From: Candidatus Latescibacterota bacterium
GTDB taxonomy: Bacteria; Latescibacterota; UBA2968; UBA8231
Assembly (NCBI GenBank): GCA_964291625.2
Contig: OZ220089.1
Coordinates: 2,688,001 to 2,752,000 of the forward strand
Direction: 5' to 3'
Length of the DNA: 64,000 nt
The notes beneath the pieces are model-generated. The model was not told where the DNA came from and did no database searches. It was given only the letters and a program-made list of their open reading frames with translations. The translations under genes and the position numbers were made by a program. Positions 40,895 through 49,860 of the stretch are shown in pieces; position 1 is the stretch's first letter; every line of letters begins with the position of its first letter.

Positions 40895-41106
40895 TGTACA
40901 GATACGAGATCATCCTTTACTGGAGCGATGCCGACAGCGTTTTCGTGGCTGAAGTGCCGGAGCTATCTGGATGCATGGCTCACGGTGACACACAAGAGGC
41001 CGCTCTCAGGCAGGTCAAGGAAGCCATGGGTCTTTGGATCGATACCGCAAGGGAGTTCGGCGACCCGATTCCGGAACCCAAGGGCGAGCGTCTGATGCTG
41101 GCATAG
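40894..41106 (+). CDS. hicB: HicB-family antitoxin
   Basis: FVAEVPELSGCMAHGDT.E.AL....EA..LWI. Confidence 0.92.
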   Translation: MYRYEIILYWSDADSVFVAEVPELSGCMAHGDTQEAALRQVKEAMGLWIDTAREFGDPIPEPKGERLMLA

Positions 41107-41109
41107 CCA

Positions 41110-41437
41110 GCCAACCGCAGCCCACCAGGCAAGCGCCCCACCGGATCGGTGGCGCCGGAGTTCACCCCGGGCCCAGAACCCCAGCAGGCGCCACCCCGCC
41201 CACAGAAAGGTGTGTGGGGTCAGGTCCCACCCGGGGCGGTGACGGCGGCGCAGGCCGGGCCGAGCGGCGCCCTTTACGCCGGGCCGGGGTCAACAACCCC
41301 CCACATCCAGCAGGCCCAGAGACCCGAGCGAAGCGAGGGGCTCGCCAACCCCTCGAACCACCTCCCGTCGATAGCCCCACCAACCAGGCCCGGCGTACGC
41401 GCCGCCGAGACACGGCCGGAGCCGCCGGCACCGCCCC
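41110..41437 (+). repeat. Structured intergenic repeat element, copy 7 (full)
   Basis: Near-identical to copy 6 over ~240 bp; core GCGAAGC. Confidence 0.93.
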
Positions 41438-41489
41438 TTGCCAGAACCCCCTATCTTGGACCCAATCCAATCCAACCGGAGAACCAGCC

Positions 41490-42371
41490 ATGACCGAACA
41501 CGCCAACACCTCGCGCTCGATCACCGCAGACACGACCGAGATGTCCCCCGACGAGAAGTACCTCTTCGACCTGACCGGCTTCCTGATCGTGCGCGACGTG
41601 CTGAGCGACGAGCACCTGAAGCTGGCCAACGAGGCGATCGACTCGATGGAGCTCAACCCGAGCCCCGAGTACTTCGGCGATTCGGCCGCCCTGAGGGGTG
41701 AGAACCGCTCGACCCGCCTCGGCAACAGCGAGAACCTGATGGAGCTTCCCCATCCCCACTGCGAGCCCTTCCGGGAGATGCTGGCCCATCCGAAGACCAT
41801 CCCCCATCTCAACACCATCCTCGGGGAAGGCTGGCGCCTGGACCACGGCCCCGGCCTGATCGCCATGGACAAGGGATGCTCCGGGGGCATGCTGCACGGC
41901 AACTTCGACAACGCCCCCTACTTCTACCGCGAGGGGAAGATCTTCACGGGCCTCTGCGTCATCGAGTACCTCCTCGCCGACGAAGGCCCCGGCGACGGCG
42001 GCATCAGCGTTGTGGCCGGCAGCCACAAGGCGAATCTCGCCTGCCCGGCGAAGATGCTCCGATGGGAGCAGTACCAGGAGTACGTGACCGAGATCAACGC
42101 CAGGGCCGGCGACGCCGTCATCTTCAGCGAGGCCTGCACCCACGGCACCCTCCCGTGGAACGCCGACCACCAGCGCCGCGCCATCCTCTACAAGTACAAC
42201 ACCGGCCACATGGCCTGGGGCGGAGGCGGACTGCGAGGGGCTCGCCCCTCCTACTGGGACGAGCTCACCCCTGCGCAGCAGGCGGCTCTGCTCCTGCCCT
42301 CCCACCACTCCCGCCGGCCCAAGCAGAGCAACGGGTACGCCGGGCTCGCCGAGGTGGCCGACTCGGCCTGA
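41490..42371 (+). CDS. PhyH-family dioxygenase-like protein (HxN variant)
   Basis: KYLFDLTGFLIV, LHGN, AGSHKAN, SEACTHG, RR. Confidence 0.85.
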   Translation: MTEHANTSRSITADTTEMSPDEKYLFDLTGFLIVRDVLSDEHLKLANEAIDSMELNPSPEYFGDSAALRGENRSTRLGNSENLMELPHPHCEPFREMLAHPKTIPHLNTILGEGWRLDHGPGLIAMDKGCSGGMLHGNFDNAPYFYREGKIFTGLCVIEYLLADEGPGDGGISVVAGSHKANLACPAKMLRWEQYQEYVTEINARAGDAVIFSEACTHGTLPWNADHQRRAILYKYNTGHMAWGGGGLRGARPSYWDELTPAQQAALLLPSHHSRRPKQSNGYAGLAEVADSA

Positions 42372-42378
42372 GCACGGC

Positions 42379-43491
42379 ATGCACGACGCCATCGTCATCG
42401 GGGGAGGGGTGCTCGGCGCCGCCACCGCCTGGCACCTCGTCCTCGCCCGGGCGCGGGTGCTGCTGCTCGACCGCGGCGACGAGGGACGGGCCACCGCCGC
42501 CGGGGCCGGCATCGTCTCCCCGGCGACCTACCGCGGCGACTCCGACGTCTGGTACCGCTTCAGCCGGGCCTCATACCGTCACCTCTCGACGCTGGTCCCC
42601 CAACTCGAGGCCGAAGGCATCGGCACCGGGTTCGCCCGCTGCGGCCTGCTGCTGGTGGCGGTCTCCGACGACGAGTTCGGACCCTTCGAGGCCGCCTCTC
42701 AGCGGATCCTCTCGCGCCCGGATGAAGGCTCCCCGGTTCGCCCCGTCGACATTGCCGAAGCCCGGGAGATGTTCCCGCCCCTCGCCGAATCCGCCCGGGC
42801 CCTGCACAACCCCGACGCCGCCCGCATCGACGGCCGCCTCCTGGCCCGGGCCCTGCTCGAAGCCGGCGAACGCCGCGGACTCGAGCGCCGGACCGCCTCG
42901 GCCGACAGCCTCATCCTCGACGGGAGCCGCGTCACCGGCGTCCTCAGCGGCGGCGACCGCATATCCGCGGGAGCCGTGGTCATCGCCGGCGGCGCCTGGT
43001 CCCGGCGCTTCTCGGACCAGCTCGGCCTCGACATCCCGGTGGCCCCCCAGCGCGGCCAGATCATCCACCTCGACCTCGGAGGCACCGACACCTCCACCTG
43101 GCCGATCGTCAGCGCCTTCCGCGACCACTACATGGTCCCCTGGCCGGACAGCCGCGTAGCCGCCGGCGCCACCCGCGAGACCGGCTCCGGCTTCGAGCCC
43201 AAGGCGACCGCCGCCGGGACCGTCGAGGTGCTCTCCGAGGCCCTGCGCGTCGCCCCCGGCCTGGCCTGCGCCTCCATCCGCGAGACCCGCGTCGGCCTGC
43301 GCCCCCTGTCGGCCGACGGCCTGCCGGTCATGGGCGCGGTCCCGGGGTGGCAGGGCCTCTACCTGAACACGGGGCACGGGGCCAGCGGTCTGCAACTGGG
43401 GCCCTTCAGCGGGCGGGCTGTCGCCGATGCTGCCCTGGGCTGCGGGCCGGGGTTCGACCTCTCGTCTTTCTCGGTCGAGCGGTTCCTGTGA
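42379..43491 (+). CDS. FAD-dependent oxidoreductase (D-amino-acid oxidase family)
   Basis: GGGVLG, AGGAWS, RGQ, GLRP..DGLP..G, TGHG..G. Confidence 0.92.
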   Translation: MHDAIVIGGGVLGAATAWHLVLARARVLLLDRGDEGRATAAGAGIVSPATYRGDSDVWYRFSRASYRHLSTLVPQLEAEGIGTGFARCGLLLVAVSDDEFGPFEAASQRILSRPDEGSPVRPVDIAEAREMFPPLAESARALHNPDAARIDGRLLARALLEAGERRGLERRTASADSLILDGSRVTGVLSGGDRISAGAVVIAGGAWSRRFSDQLGLDIPVAPQRGQIIHLDLGGTDTSTWPIVSAFRDHYMVPWPDSRVAAGATRETGSGFEPKATAAGTVEVLSEALRVAPGLACASIRETRVGLRPLSADGLPVMGAVPGWQGLYLNTGHGASGLQLGPFSGRAVADAALGCGPGFDLSSFSVERFL

Positions 43492-43522
43492 CGATGGTCG
43501 ACGGCCCAACCTGCGCCGCGCC

Positions 43523-43576
43523 GTCAGGTTCACCAACTGGCGGATCGTCGACGTGGACCTGATCGACTATCACTAG
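43523..43576 (+). pseudogene. HigB toxin C-terminal remnant
   Basis: Reads [17 protein letters not shown], matching the NWRI...DVD..DYH end of HigB killer proteins, directly before higA. Confidence 0.6.
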
Positions 43577-43593
43577 CGAGAGGCTGGAAACTC

Positions 43594-43830
43594 ATGGCGA
43601 TGAAGAACCCACCACATCCGGGCCGCAGCATCAAGGAGAGCTGTCTGGCCCCCCTCGGCCTGAGCGTCACCGAAGCGGCGAAGGTGTTGGGCATAGCTCG
43701 TCACACGCTCTCCCGCGTCCTGAACGGCCATGCGGCCATCTCGCCGGAGATGGCCATTCGACTGGAGAAGGCGGGCTGGTCCAACGCGGAGTTCTGGCTG
43801 CGGCGACAGATCGCCTACGATCTGGTATAG
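43594..43830 (+). CDS. higA: HigA-family antitoxin (probable premature stop; reading continues to 43887)
   Basis: MKNPPHPG....[32 protein letters not shown]; after TAG reads ARRTEGKIQVRPYEPEIA*. Confidence 0.88.
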   Translation: MAMKNPPHPGRSIKESCLAPLGLSVTEAAKVLGIARHTLSRVLNGHAAISPEMAIRLEKAGWSNAEFWLRRQIAYDLV

Positions 43831-43898
43831 GCCCGCCGGACCGAAGGGAAGATCCAGGTCAGGCCCTACGAGCCGGAGATAGCCTGAGCAACCAAGCC

Positions 43899-44195
43899 AT
43901 GGATCACCCCTCGCCCCGGCCCTCCACCCCATGGCGGGTCCACAGCGTCGAAGCCCTGCCCGGACTTCGGTTGCAGGTCCGCTTCACGGACGGCACATCG
44001 GGTGAGGTGGACATGGGGAGGTTCCTCCAGAGCCCCGCCGTCCGAGGCACCCCCTTCGAGCCGCTCCTCGATGAGAGCCTGTTCAGCCAGGTTCGCGCAG
44101 ACCTCGGAGCCGTCACTTGGCCCACGGGAGCCGATCTCGCTCCCGACGCCATGTACGACGCCGTCCGCGCCTCAGGAGAGTGGATCCTCGAGTAG
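43899..44195 (+). CDS. DUF2442-domain protein
   Basis: L.VRFTDG..G.VD, F.QV...GAVTWP.GADLAPD.MY. Confidence 0.85.
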   Translation: MDHPSPRPSTPWRVHSVEALPGLRLQVRFTDGTSGEVDMGRFLQSPAVRGTPFEPLLDESLFSQVRADLGAVTWPTGADLAPDAMYDAVRASGEWILE

Positions 44196-44206
44196 TCGGG
44201 GACACC

Positions 44207-44535
44207 CCCCAACCGCAGCCCACCAGGCCGGCGCTCCACCAGAGCAAGTGGCGCCGGACCCACCCCAGGCCCAGAACAACCCCCCAGGCGCCACCCCACC
44301 CCTAAAGGAGTGTGTGGTGGTGGTCCCCCCCAGGGCGGTGACGGCGGCGCAGGCCAAGCCGAGCGGCGCATTACGGCGGGCCGGGGTCAACAACCACCCG
44401 CATCCAGGAGGCCCAGAGACCCGAGCGAAGCGAGGGGCTCGCCAGCCCCACGAATCCACCCCAGGCGATAGCCCCACCAAACAGGCCCGCCGTACGCGCT
44501 GCCGAGGCGCTGGCCGGAGCCGCCGTCACCGCCCC
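44207..44535 (+). repeat. Structured intergenic repeat element, copy 8 (full)
   Basis: Arms with compensatory tacggcgggcc/ggcccgccgta; core GCGAAGC. Confidence 0.93.
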
Positions 44536-44589
44536 GCGCCAGAACCACCCCCCATCACCACAGCTGTCGTCTTCATGGTCGATCTCCCT

Positions 44590-45780
44590 TCAGTCGAAGA
44601 AACCCGCGTCCTCTTCGGAGAGGTGCCGCTTCGCCTCCTCGACGACGAACTCCACCCCCAGTCCCGGGGAATCCCACACCTCGATGTGGCCGTCGGCGAC
44701 GATCGGGTCGGGCAGCCCGGTGACCATGTCGAGCCAGGACTCCTCGTACCGGCCCGGCATCTCGAAGGCGATGTAGTTCTGCGGCAGGGTGGCGGCGAGA
44801 TGGACATGGGCCGCCAGTCCGAAGAGCCCGTCGATCACTCCGTGGGGGGCCATGAGGATGCCGTGGAGGTCGGCGTACTCGGCGATCCACTTCGTCTCCG
44901 CGATCCCGCCGACGTCGGCCGGGTCGGGGCCGACGACGTTCACCGCCTGCTTCTCGAAGAGTTCCTTGAAGTGCTGCCGCAGGTAGATCTGCTCCCCCGT
45001 GTGGATCGGCGTCGAGGTGCTGCGCGTCACCTCCCGGTAGAGGTCGGCGAGCACGTACGGGACGTAGTCGCCGGTGATCATGTCCTCGAGCCACATCAGG
45101 TTCAACGGCTCCACGGCTTGGGCCAGCCGTATCGAGTCGGGGACCGTCATTCCGGGACCGCAGTCGAGGGCGAGGCCGACCTCGTCTCCCAGCTCCGCCT
45201 TCATCGCCTCGGCGCAGGCGATCACGTGCTTCAGGCCCCGCTCCGTCAGCGGGCCCCGGTTGGCGTGCCAGCGGCCGCCCGAGCTCTCCCCGTAGAAGAA
45301 GCCGGGGACGTGCGCGGGCATGCCGCTGTGGAAGGCGACGCCCATCTTGCACAAGGTGAACCCCTGCGGCAGCTCCCGGACGGCGCGGGCGGCAGCGGCG
45401 TATTCCTCGGGCCGGGAGTCCGTCACCGGAACCGGAGAGCCGGTCAGGTAGACCCGCACCCGGTCGCGGATCTTGCCGCCGAGCAGCTTGTACACCGGAA
45501 CCCCCGCGGCCTGGCCGGCGATGTCCCAGAGCGCCATCTCGATGGCGCTGACCGCACTGCCCCAGGGCTTGAAGCCCCCGAGCCGCCGGATGCCGAGCAT
45601 GACCCGCTCGACGTCGGTCGGGTCCATGCCGAGAACGAGGTCGCGGTAGAACAGGACGTGGGGCTTGAGGTAGGGCTTGGAGGACTCCACCTGCCCCGTG
45701 CCGACGATCCCCTCGTCCGTGAGGATGCGGACGATCGGATGGCGGCCGATGACGGCGCACTTCAGATCGATGATCTTCAT
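44590..45780 (-). CDS. Mandelate racemase/MLE family dehydratase
   Basis: SAIEMALWD, LDCG, LED, TGEQ, APH, PGLG. Confidence 0.92.
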   Translation of the reverse strand: MKIIDLKCAVIGRHPIVRILTDEGIVGTGQVESSKPYLKPHVLFYRDLVLGMDPTDVERVMLGIRRLGGFKPWGSAVSAIEMALWDIAGQAAGVPVYKLLGGKIRDRVRVYLTGSPVPVTDSRPEEYAAAARAVRELPQGFTLCKMGVAFHSGMPAHVPGFFYGESSGGRWHANRGPLTERGLKHVIACAEAMKAELGDEVGLALDCGPGMTVPDSIRLAQAVEPLNLMWLEDMITGDYVPYVLADLYREVTRSTSTPIHTGEQIYLRQHFKELFEKQAVNVVGPDPADVGGIAETKWIAEYADLHGILMAPHGVIDGLFGLAAHVHLAATLPQNYIAFEMPGRYEESWLDMVTGLPDPIVADGHIEVWDSPGLGVEFVVEEAKRHLSEEDAGFFD

Positions 45781-46700
45781 GACAGCCTCTGGGCGACCTC
45801 CACCGGGAGGCCGTCTCCCGCGTCGAGGGTGATCGAGCGGATGGGCACCCCAAGGGCGAGATCGCGCTCCCCAGGCGGCGTGCCGTGGGCGATCTCCCCG
45901 GCCAGGGCGTCCACGTCGTCCGTCCAGAGCCCGAAGGAGCCCACGACCCCGCGGCCGAGACCATCGGTGGTCCCGCCGTCCTTCCGCCCCCGCAATTCGA
46001 TGTCGCACATGCCGGCGGCGAAGACGTACCCCTCGTGCGTGCCGCTGTCGGAGTGGTCGATGACGGACAGCCCCAGCTTCTCCCCGTACAGCGCCTTCCC
46101 CCGGCCGATGTCCGGGCACTCCATGGCCATGTGATCGAAACCCTTGAGCAGGCTCCCGGCGGAGAGGCTGGCGATCCGCTGCTTCTCCCGCCGCCTCTCC
46201 TGGTTGTGCAGCCTCGGGTCCACGATCTCGGAGATCTGGATCGGGTAACCGTTCGGATCGACGAACTCCAGCAGGCTCCTCTGCATGTAGGCGTGGTCCA
46301 TCGGCTGCACGATGGGTCCGTCCTTCGTTGCCCGGAACCTGTTGGACGCGAAGAAGCCCTCGAAGTGCGAGAAGGCATGGTGGTTGCCCTCGACGTAGAA
46401 GGACCAGTGTCCGACCGAGCCGTAAGCCTGCCCCGTCCTCTCGCCCTCGGGCGACAGCAGCACGGGGGCGGCCTCGTCCTCCCGCAGAACCAGGAAGGAG
46501 TCGCCCACCTGGAGGACGGCCTCGCGGTCGCCGCTCTCGGCGGCGGCGCCGTCCACCCACTCGCCCTTCTCGTTCTGCACGGCGGTGGTGTTCTGCAGCT
46601 CGGTGAGGCCGAGGCGCCGGCCATAGACCTCCCGGCACTCGTCCCAGAGGCGTGTCCGCATCTCGATGTAGGCGATTCCCGTGATCATGTTCGACAACAC
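45777..46700 (-). CDS. Two-domain VOC/glyoxalase-family protein
   Basis: Y...LGL, GHWSF, F.DPNG..I, FDHMA, Y.EKLGL. Confidence 0.75.
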   Translation of the reverse strand: MLSNMITGIAYIEMRTRLWDECREVYGRRLGLTELQNTTAVQNEKGEWVDGAAAESGDREAVLQVGDSFLVLREDEAAPVLLSPEGERTGQAYGSVGHWSFYVEGNHHAFSHFEGFFASNRFRATKDGPIVQPMDHAYMQRSLLEFVDPNGYPIQISEIVDPRLHNQERRREKQRIASLSAGSLLKGFDHMAMECPDIGRGKALYGEKLGLSVIDHSDSGTHEGYVFAAGMCDIELRGRKDGGTTDGLGRGVVGSFGLWTDDVDALAGEIAHGTPPGERDLALGVPIRSITLDAGDGLPVEVAQRLS

Positions 46701-46782
46701 CTTCCCAGGCCCGTGCCGGAGACGCAGGGGTGAGGGAGGGGGACCGCGTGTGCTACGTCACTGCCGACGGCAGGTTGCATCT

Positions 46783-47091
46783 TCACGGCTCACCTCCAAG
46801 CGCACGCACAACCGCCTCGGGATCGCGGTCGATGACGGTCAGCAGCACCCGGGCGGCCCGGTCAGGCACACGCCGCCCCTGTTCCCACTCCTGCAGGGCC
46901 CGCGCATCCAGGCCGAATCGGTCCGCGAACTTCCGGCGACTCAGCTTCATGCGCTTGCGCAGCGCGACGATATGTTCGGCGGCGGGATCGTCCACGATCC
47001 GGCAGGGCAGTTCCACTTCGCCGCGCACATGGGCAAGCACCTCGCCCAAGGCGGTCTCGACTTCCTGCCCCACCTGAGTCCGTTCCGTCAT
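46783..47091 (-). CDS. XRE HTH antitoxin (HigA2-like)
   Basis: I.ALR...LS...FA..FG.....LQEWEQGRR.PD.AA..LL.VI...P. Confidence 0.88.
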   Translation of the reverse strand: MTERTQVGQEVETALGEVLAHVRGEVELPCRIVDDPAAEHIVALRKRMKLSRRKFADRFGLDARALQEWEQGRRVPDRAARVLLTVIDRDPEAVVRALGGEP

Positions 47092-47094
47092 CTG

Positions 47095-47260
47095 TCAGCC
47101 TTCTCCTCCCCAACGCATCTTGCGAATCCCTCCCGTACCACGGAGCAAAGGCGCCGCGTCGGGATCGGCGACGATGGCGGCCTCCATCTCCCTGCGCTGG
47201 TCCACCCGTGAGGAGCTTGCCGATGGCGCGCTCGTAGGCTCGGGTGATGACCAGTCGCAC
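47095..47260 (-). pseudogene. RelE/HigB2-family toxin, frameshifted and truncated
   Basis: VRLVITRAYER..KLL, then a second frame with I.ADPDA..L.RGTGGIRKMRW followed by a stop. Confidence 0.75.
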
Positions 47261-47327
47261 GGTCACTGAAAATGCGGCATTGCCGCAGGTCCGGCAAGGT
47301 GTCCTGGGCAAGGCCTCTCTCTCCCGT

Positions 47328-47632
47328 CCCACCAGGCCCGCGTTCCCCACGGATCGAGTGGTGCCGGAGTCCGGCACCCCCACCAAGCGCCACCCGCCCC
47401 AGAGGGAGTGCGTGTGGGCGGTCCCCACCCAGGGCGGTGGCGGCGGCGCAGGCCGAGCCGAGCGGTGCACTATGCGGGGCCTCGCCACCAACCACCACGC
47501 ATCCAGGAGGCCTAGAGACCCGAGCGTAGCGAGGGCACCCCAACCCTCGAACCACCCCCCGTCGATAGCTCCGCCACCCAGGCAGCGCGTACGCGCTGCC
47601 GCGGCGCGGCCGGAGCCGCCGGCACCGCCCCC
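47328..47632 (+). repeat. Structured intergenic repeat element, copy 9 (full, divergent)
   Basis: Arms conserved; core GCGTAGC. Confidence 0.9.
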
Positions 47633-48081
47633 TGCCAGTACCCCCCACCTACCCCTATCTTCCACTCACCCAAACCCATCCATGCCAATCCTTCTGATCC
47701 CCCACCCGGCCAAGCAGATGGCCCCCTCCGATTGCGCAGCGCCATCACCACCCAGGGCCTCCGGGCTGGCCCGCGGGCCAGCCAAACGGCCGCCCATCGG
47801 AGAGTCGTTGGACACATGCCTCGGGGAGAATCCCCATGCCGGTCGGACCCCCTAACGAGGAGACAACCGCAGAACGCTCCTTGATTGGCTCTAGGGTAGC
47901 CCTGCAGGTTTCAACTCCAAACGCACCGCTGATGGGCCCCAGTTTGGAACACAGCAATGAAGCTGGGAGGCCTCAACTTGCATTCAAGTGCCCGTGAATG
48001 CGGTGGTGGCTCCCGCTCCCGAGCATCCTCTCTATGGGGCACGGAATGGTGATAAGGCGCCCCGGGAAAGGCCGACCTCTA

Positions 48082-49860
48082 ATGCGACTATCACGAGTAC
48101 AGATACGGAACTTTCGGAATTTTAACACCCTGGACGTCGAGCTATCAGAGAATGCGGTTGTAGTCGGCGAGAACAAGATCGGCAAGACCAACCTGCTGCA
48201 CGCGATGCGATTGGTGCTTGATCCGACCTTGCCCGACTCAGCACGGCATCTGAAGGACGAAGATTTCTGGGATGGTCTGCCTCGACCCCTTGCGCGCGAA
48301 CACAGGATAACCGTTTCGATTGACCTCACGGACTTCGAAGGCGACGAGGACCAAGTTGCTTTGCTGTGCGAACACCTGGTCGTAGCTGAGCCAATGACGG
48401 CGAGGCTGACATATGTGTTCCAGCCGCTTGAGACATTGGATGGCGAACCGTCCAAGGAGTCTGACTACGAGTTCGTGCTGTACGGGGGCGATCGTCCCCA
48501 GAATCGCGTTGGTTATGAGATTCGTCGACGGCTGCCTTTCGATCTGCTACCCGCGCTTCGCGATGCGGAGGGAGATCTGCGAAATTGGCGACGTTCTCCA
48601 CTCCGCCCACTCCTGGACCTAGTTGCTGGGCGTATCGATCGGGAAGCACTGGTGGCACTAGCGAGGGACATTTCTGCTGCCACAGCAGCTGCCGCTGGCA
48701 ACGAGGAAGTGAAGAGGCTCGTCGATGAGATAAACCGGCGCGTGAGGACCCTAGTGGGTCCGTTTCAGACGGTCGATACGTCGCTTGGATTCTCTCCGAG
48801 CGATCCAGAGCGCCTCTTGCGAGCGATGCGCCTGTTCGTTGACGCGGGGAGGCGCGAAATCGGCACGGCCAGCTTGGGATCCACGAACGTGCTGTACCTT
48901 ACCCTCAAGGCTCTGCAACTAGATGAATCAGTTGCGGAGAGGGAGAGGCATCACACGTTCCTCGCAATTGAGGAGCCAGAGGCGCATCTCCACCCCCACT
49001 TGCAGAGACTCGCTTACCGGGGGCTTCTCCGCCCTCCAGAAGGTCATGGTCACACATCACCCCTAACGGCGGTGCTTACCACGCACTCACCTCACATCGT
49101 GAGTGTTGCCCCTCTCAATTCGCTTGTCCTATTGCGAAAGACGCAAGCCGGGAACAGCAGTGAGGGGGTGTCTACGGCCAAATTGGAGCTTGCCTCGGAA
49201 GTCGTGGCCGATCTTGAGCGATACTTGGACGTTACACGCGGAGAGATGCTCTTCGCCAAGGGCGTACTGCTCGTTGAGGGCGAGGCAGAGCGATTCTTGC
49301 TTCCGGCTCTAGGGAAGTCCAATGGAATCGATTTCGACGAGCTCGGGATCTCGGTTTGCTGCGTAGGGGGTACGAACTTCCGGCCGTACATCGAGTTTCT
49401 GGGTGACCGTGGGCTGGACCTGCCAGTCGCCGTGCTCACAGATGGAGATCCGGCGAAGGACGGTCGGAGACGCGGGGAGGAACGGGTGTTGAGTTTGCTG
49501 CGTGATGCCGTCGCCCCGTCGGACCTTGATGGGAAGACGGACGGGCAGCAGCTTGAAATGGCTAGGGACCGGGGGTTTTTCGTCGGTGATTACACCTGCG
49601 AGGTAGATCTGTTCGGGAGCGGGGCCCACAGGCAAATTGGGAAGACACTAGTTGAGTTGGCTCCAGGGGAGGCCGTTCGGAGTAGAGCGGAAGCCTGGAC
49701 AGCCAGCCCGGAGGACTTGGATCCAGTGCGCTTTCTGGCGGACATCTCATCGATTGGAAAGGGTCGCTTCGCTCAGCGGCTATCGGCGCGCGTCGAAGGT
49801 GGCAGCTGGCCAGCCTACATGAGGGATGGTATCGAGTATGTCCGCACCCGCTGTCGCTAG
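48082..49860 (+). CDS. gajA: OLD-family ATP-dependent nuclease (ABC ATPase + TOPRIM), Gabija GajA-like
   Basis: NFRNF, GENKIGKT, IEEPEAHLHP, TTHSP, LLVEG..E, TDGD; visibly lower GC. Confidence 0.85.
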   Translation: MRLSRVQIRNFRNFNTLDVELSENAVVVGENKIGKTNLLHAMRLVLDPTLPDSARHLKDEDFWDGLPRPLAREHRITVSIDLTDFEGDEDQVALLCEHLVVAEPMTARLTYVFQPLETLDGEPSKESDYEFVLYGGDRPQNRVGYEIRRRLPFDLLPALRDAEGDLRNWRRSPLRPLLDLVAGRIDREALVALARDISAATAAAAGNEEVKRLVDEINRRVRTLVGPFQTVDTSLGFSPSDPERLLRAMRLFVDAGRREIGTASLGSTNVLYLTLKALQLDESVAERERHHTFLAIEEPEAHLHPHLQRLAYRGLLRPPEGHGHTSPLTAVLTTHSPHIVSVAPLNSLVLLRKTQAGNSSEGVSTAKLELASEVVADLERYLDVTRGEMLFAKGVLLVEGEAERFLLPALGKSNGIDFDELGISVCCVGGTNFRPYIEFLGDRGLDLPVAVLTDGDPAKDGRRRGEERVLSLLRDAVAPSDLDGKTDGQQLEMARDRGFFVGDYTCEVDLFGSGAHRQIGKTLVELAPGEAVRSRAEAWTASPEDLDPVRFLADISSIGKGRFAQRLSARVEGGSWPAYMRDGIEYVRTRCR

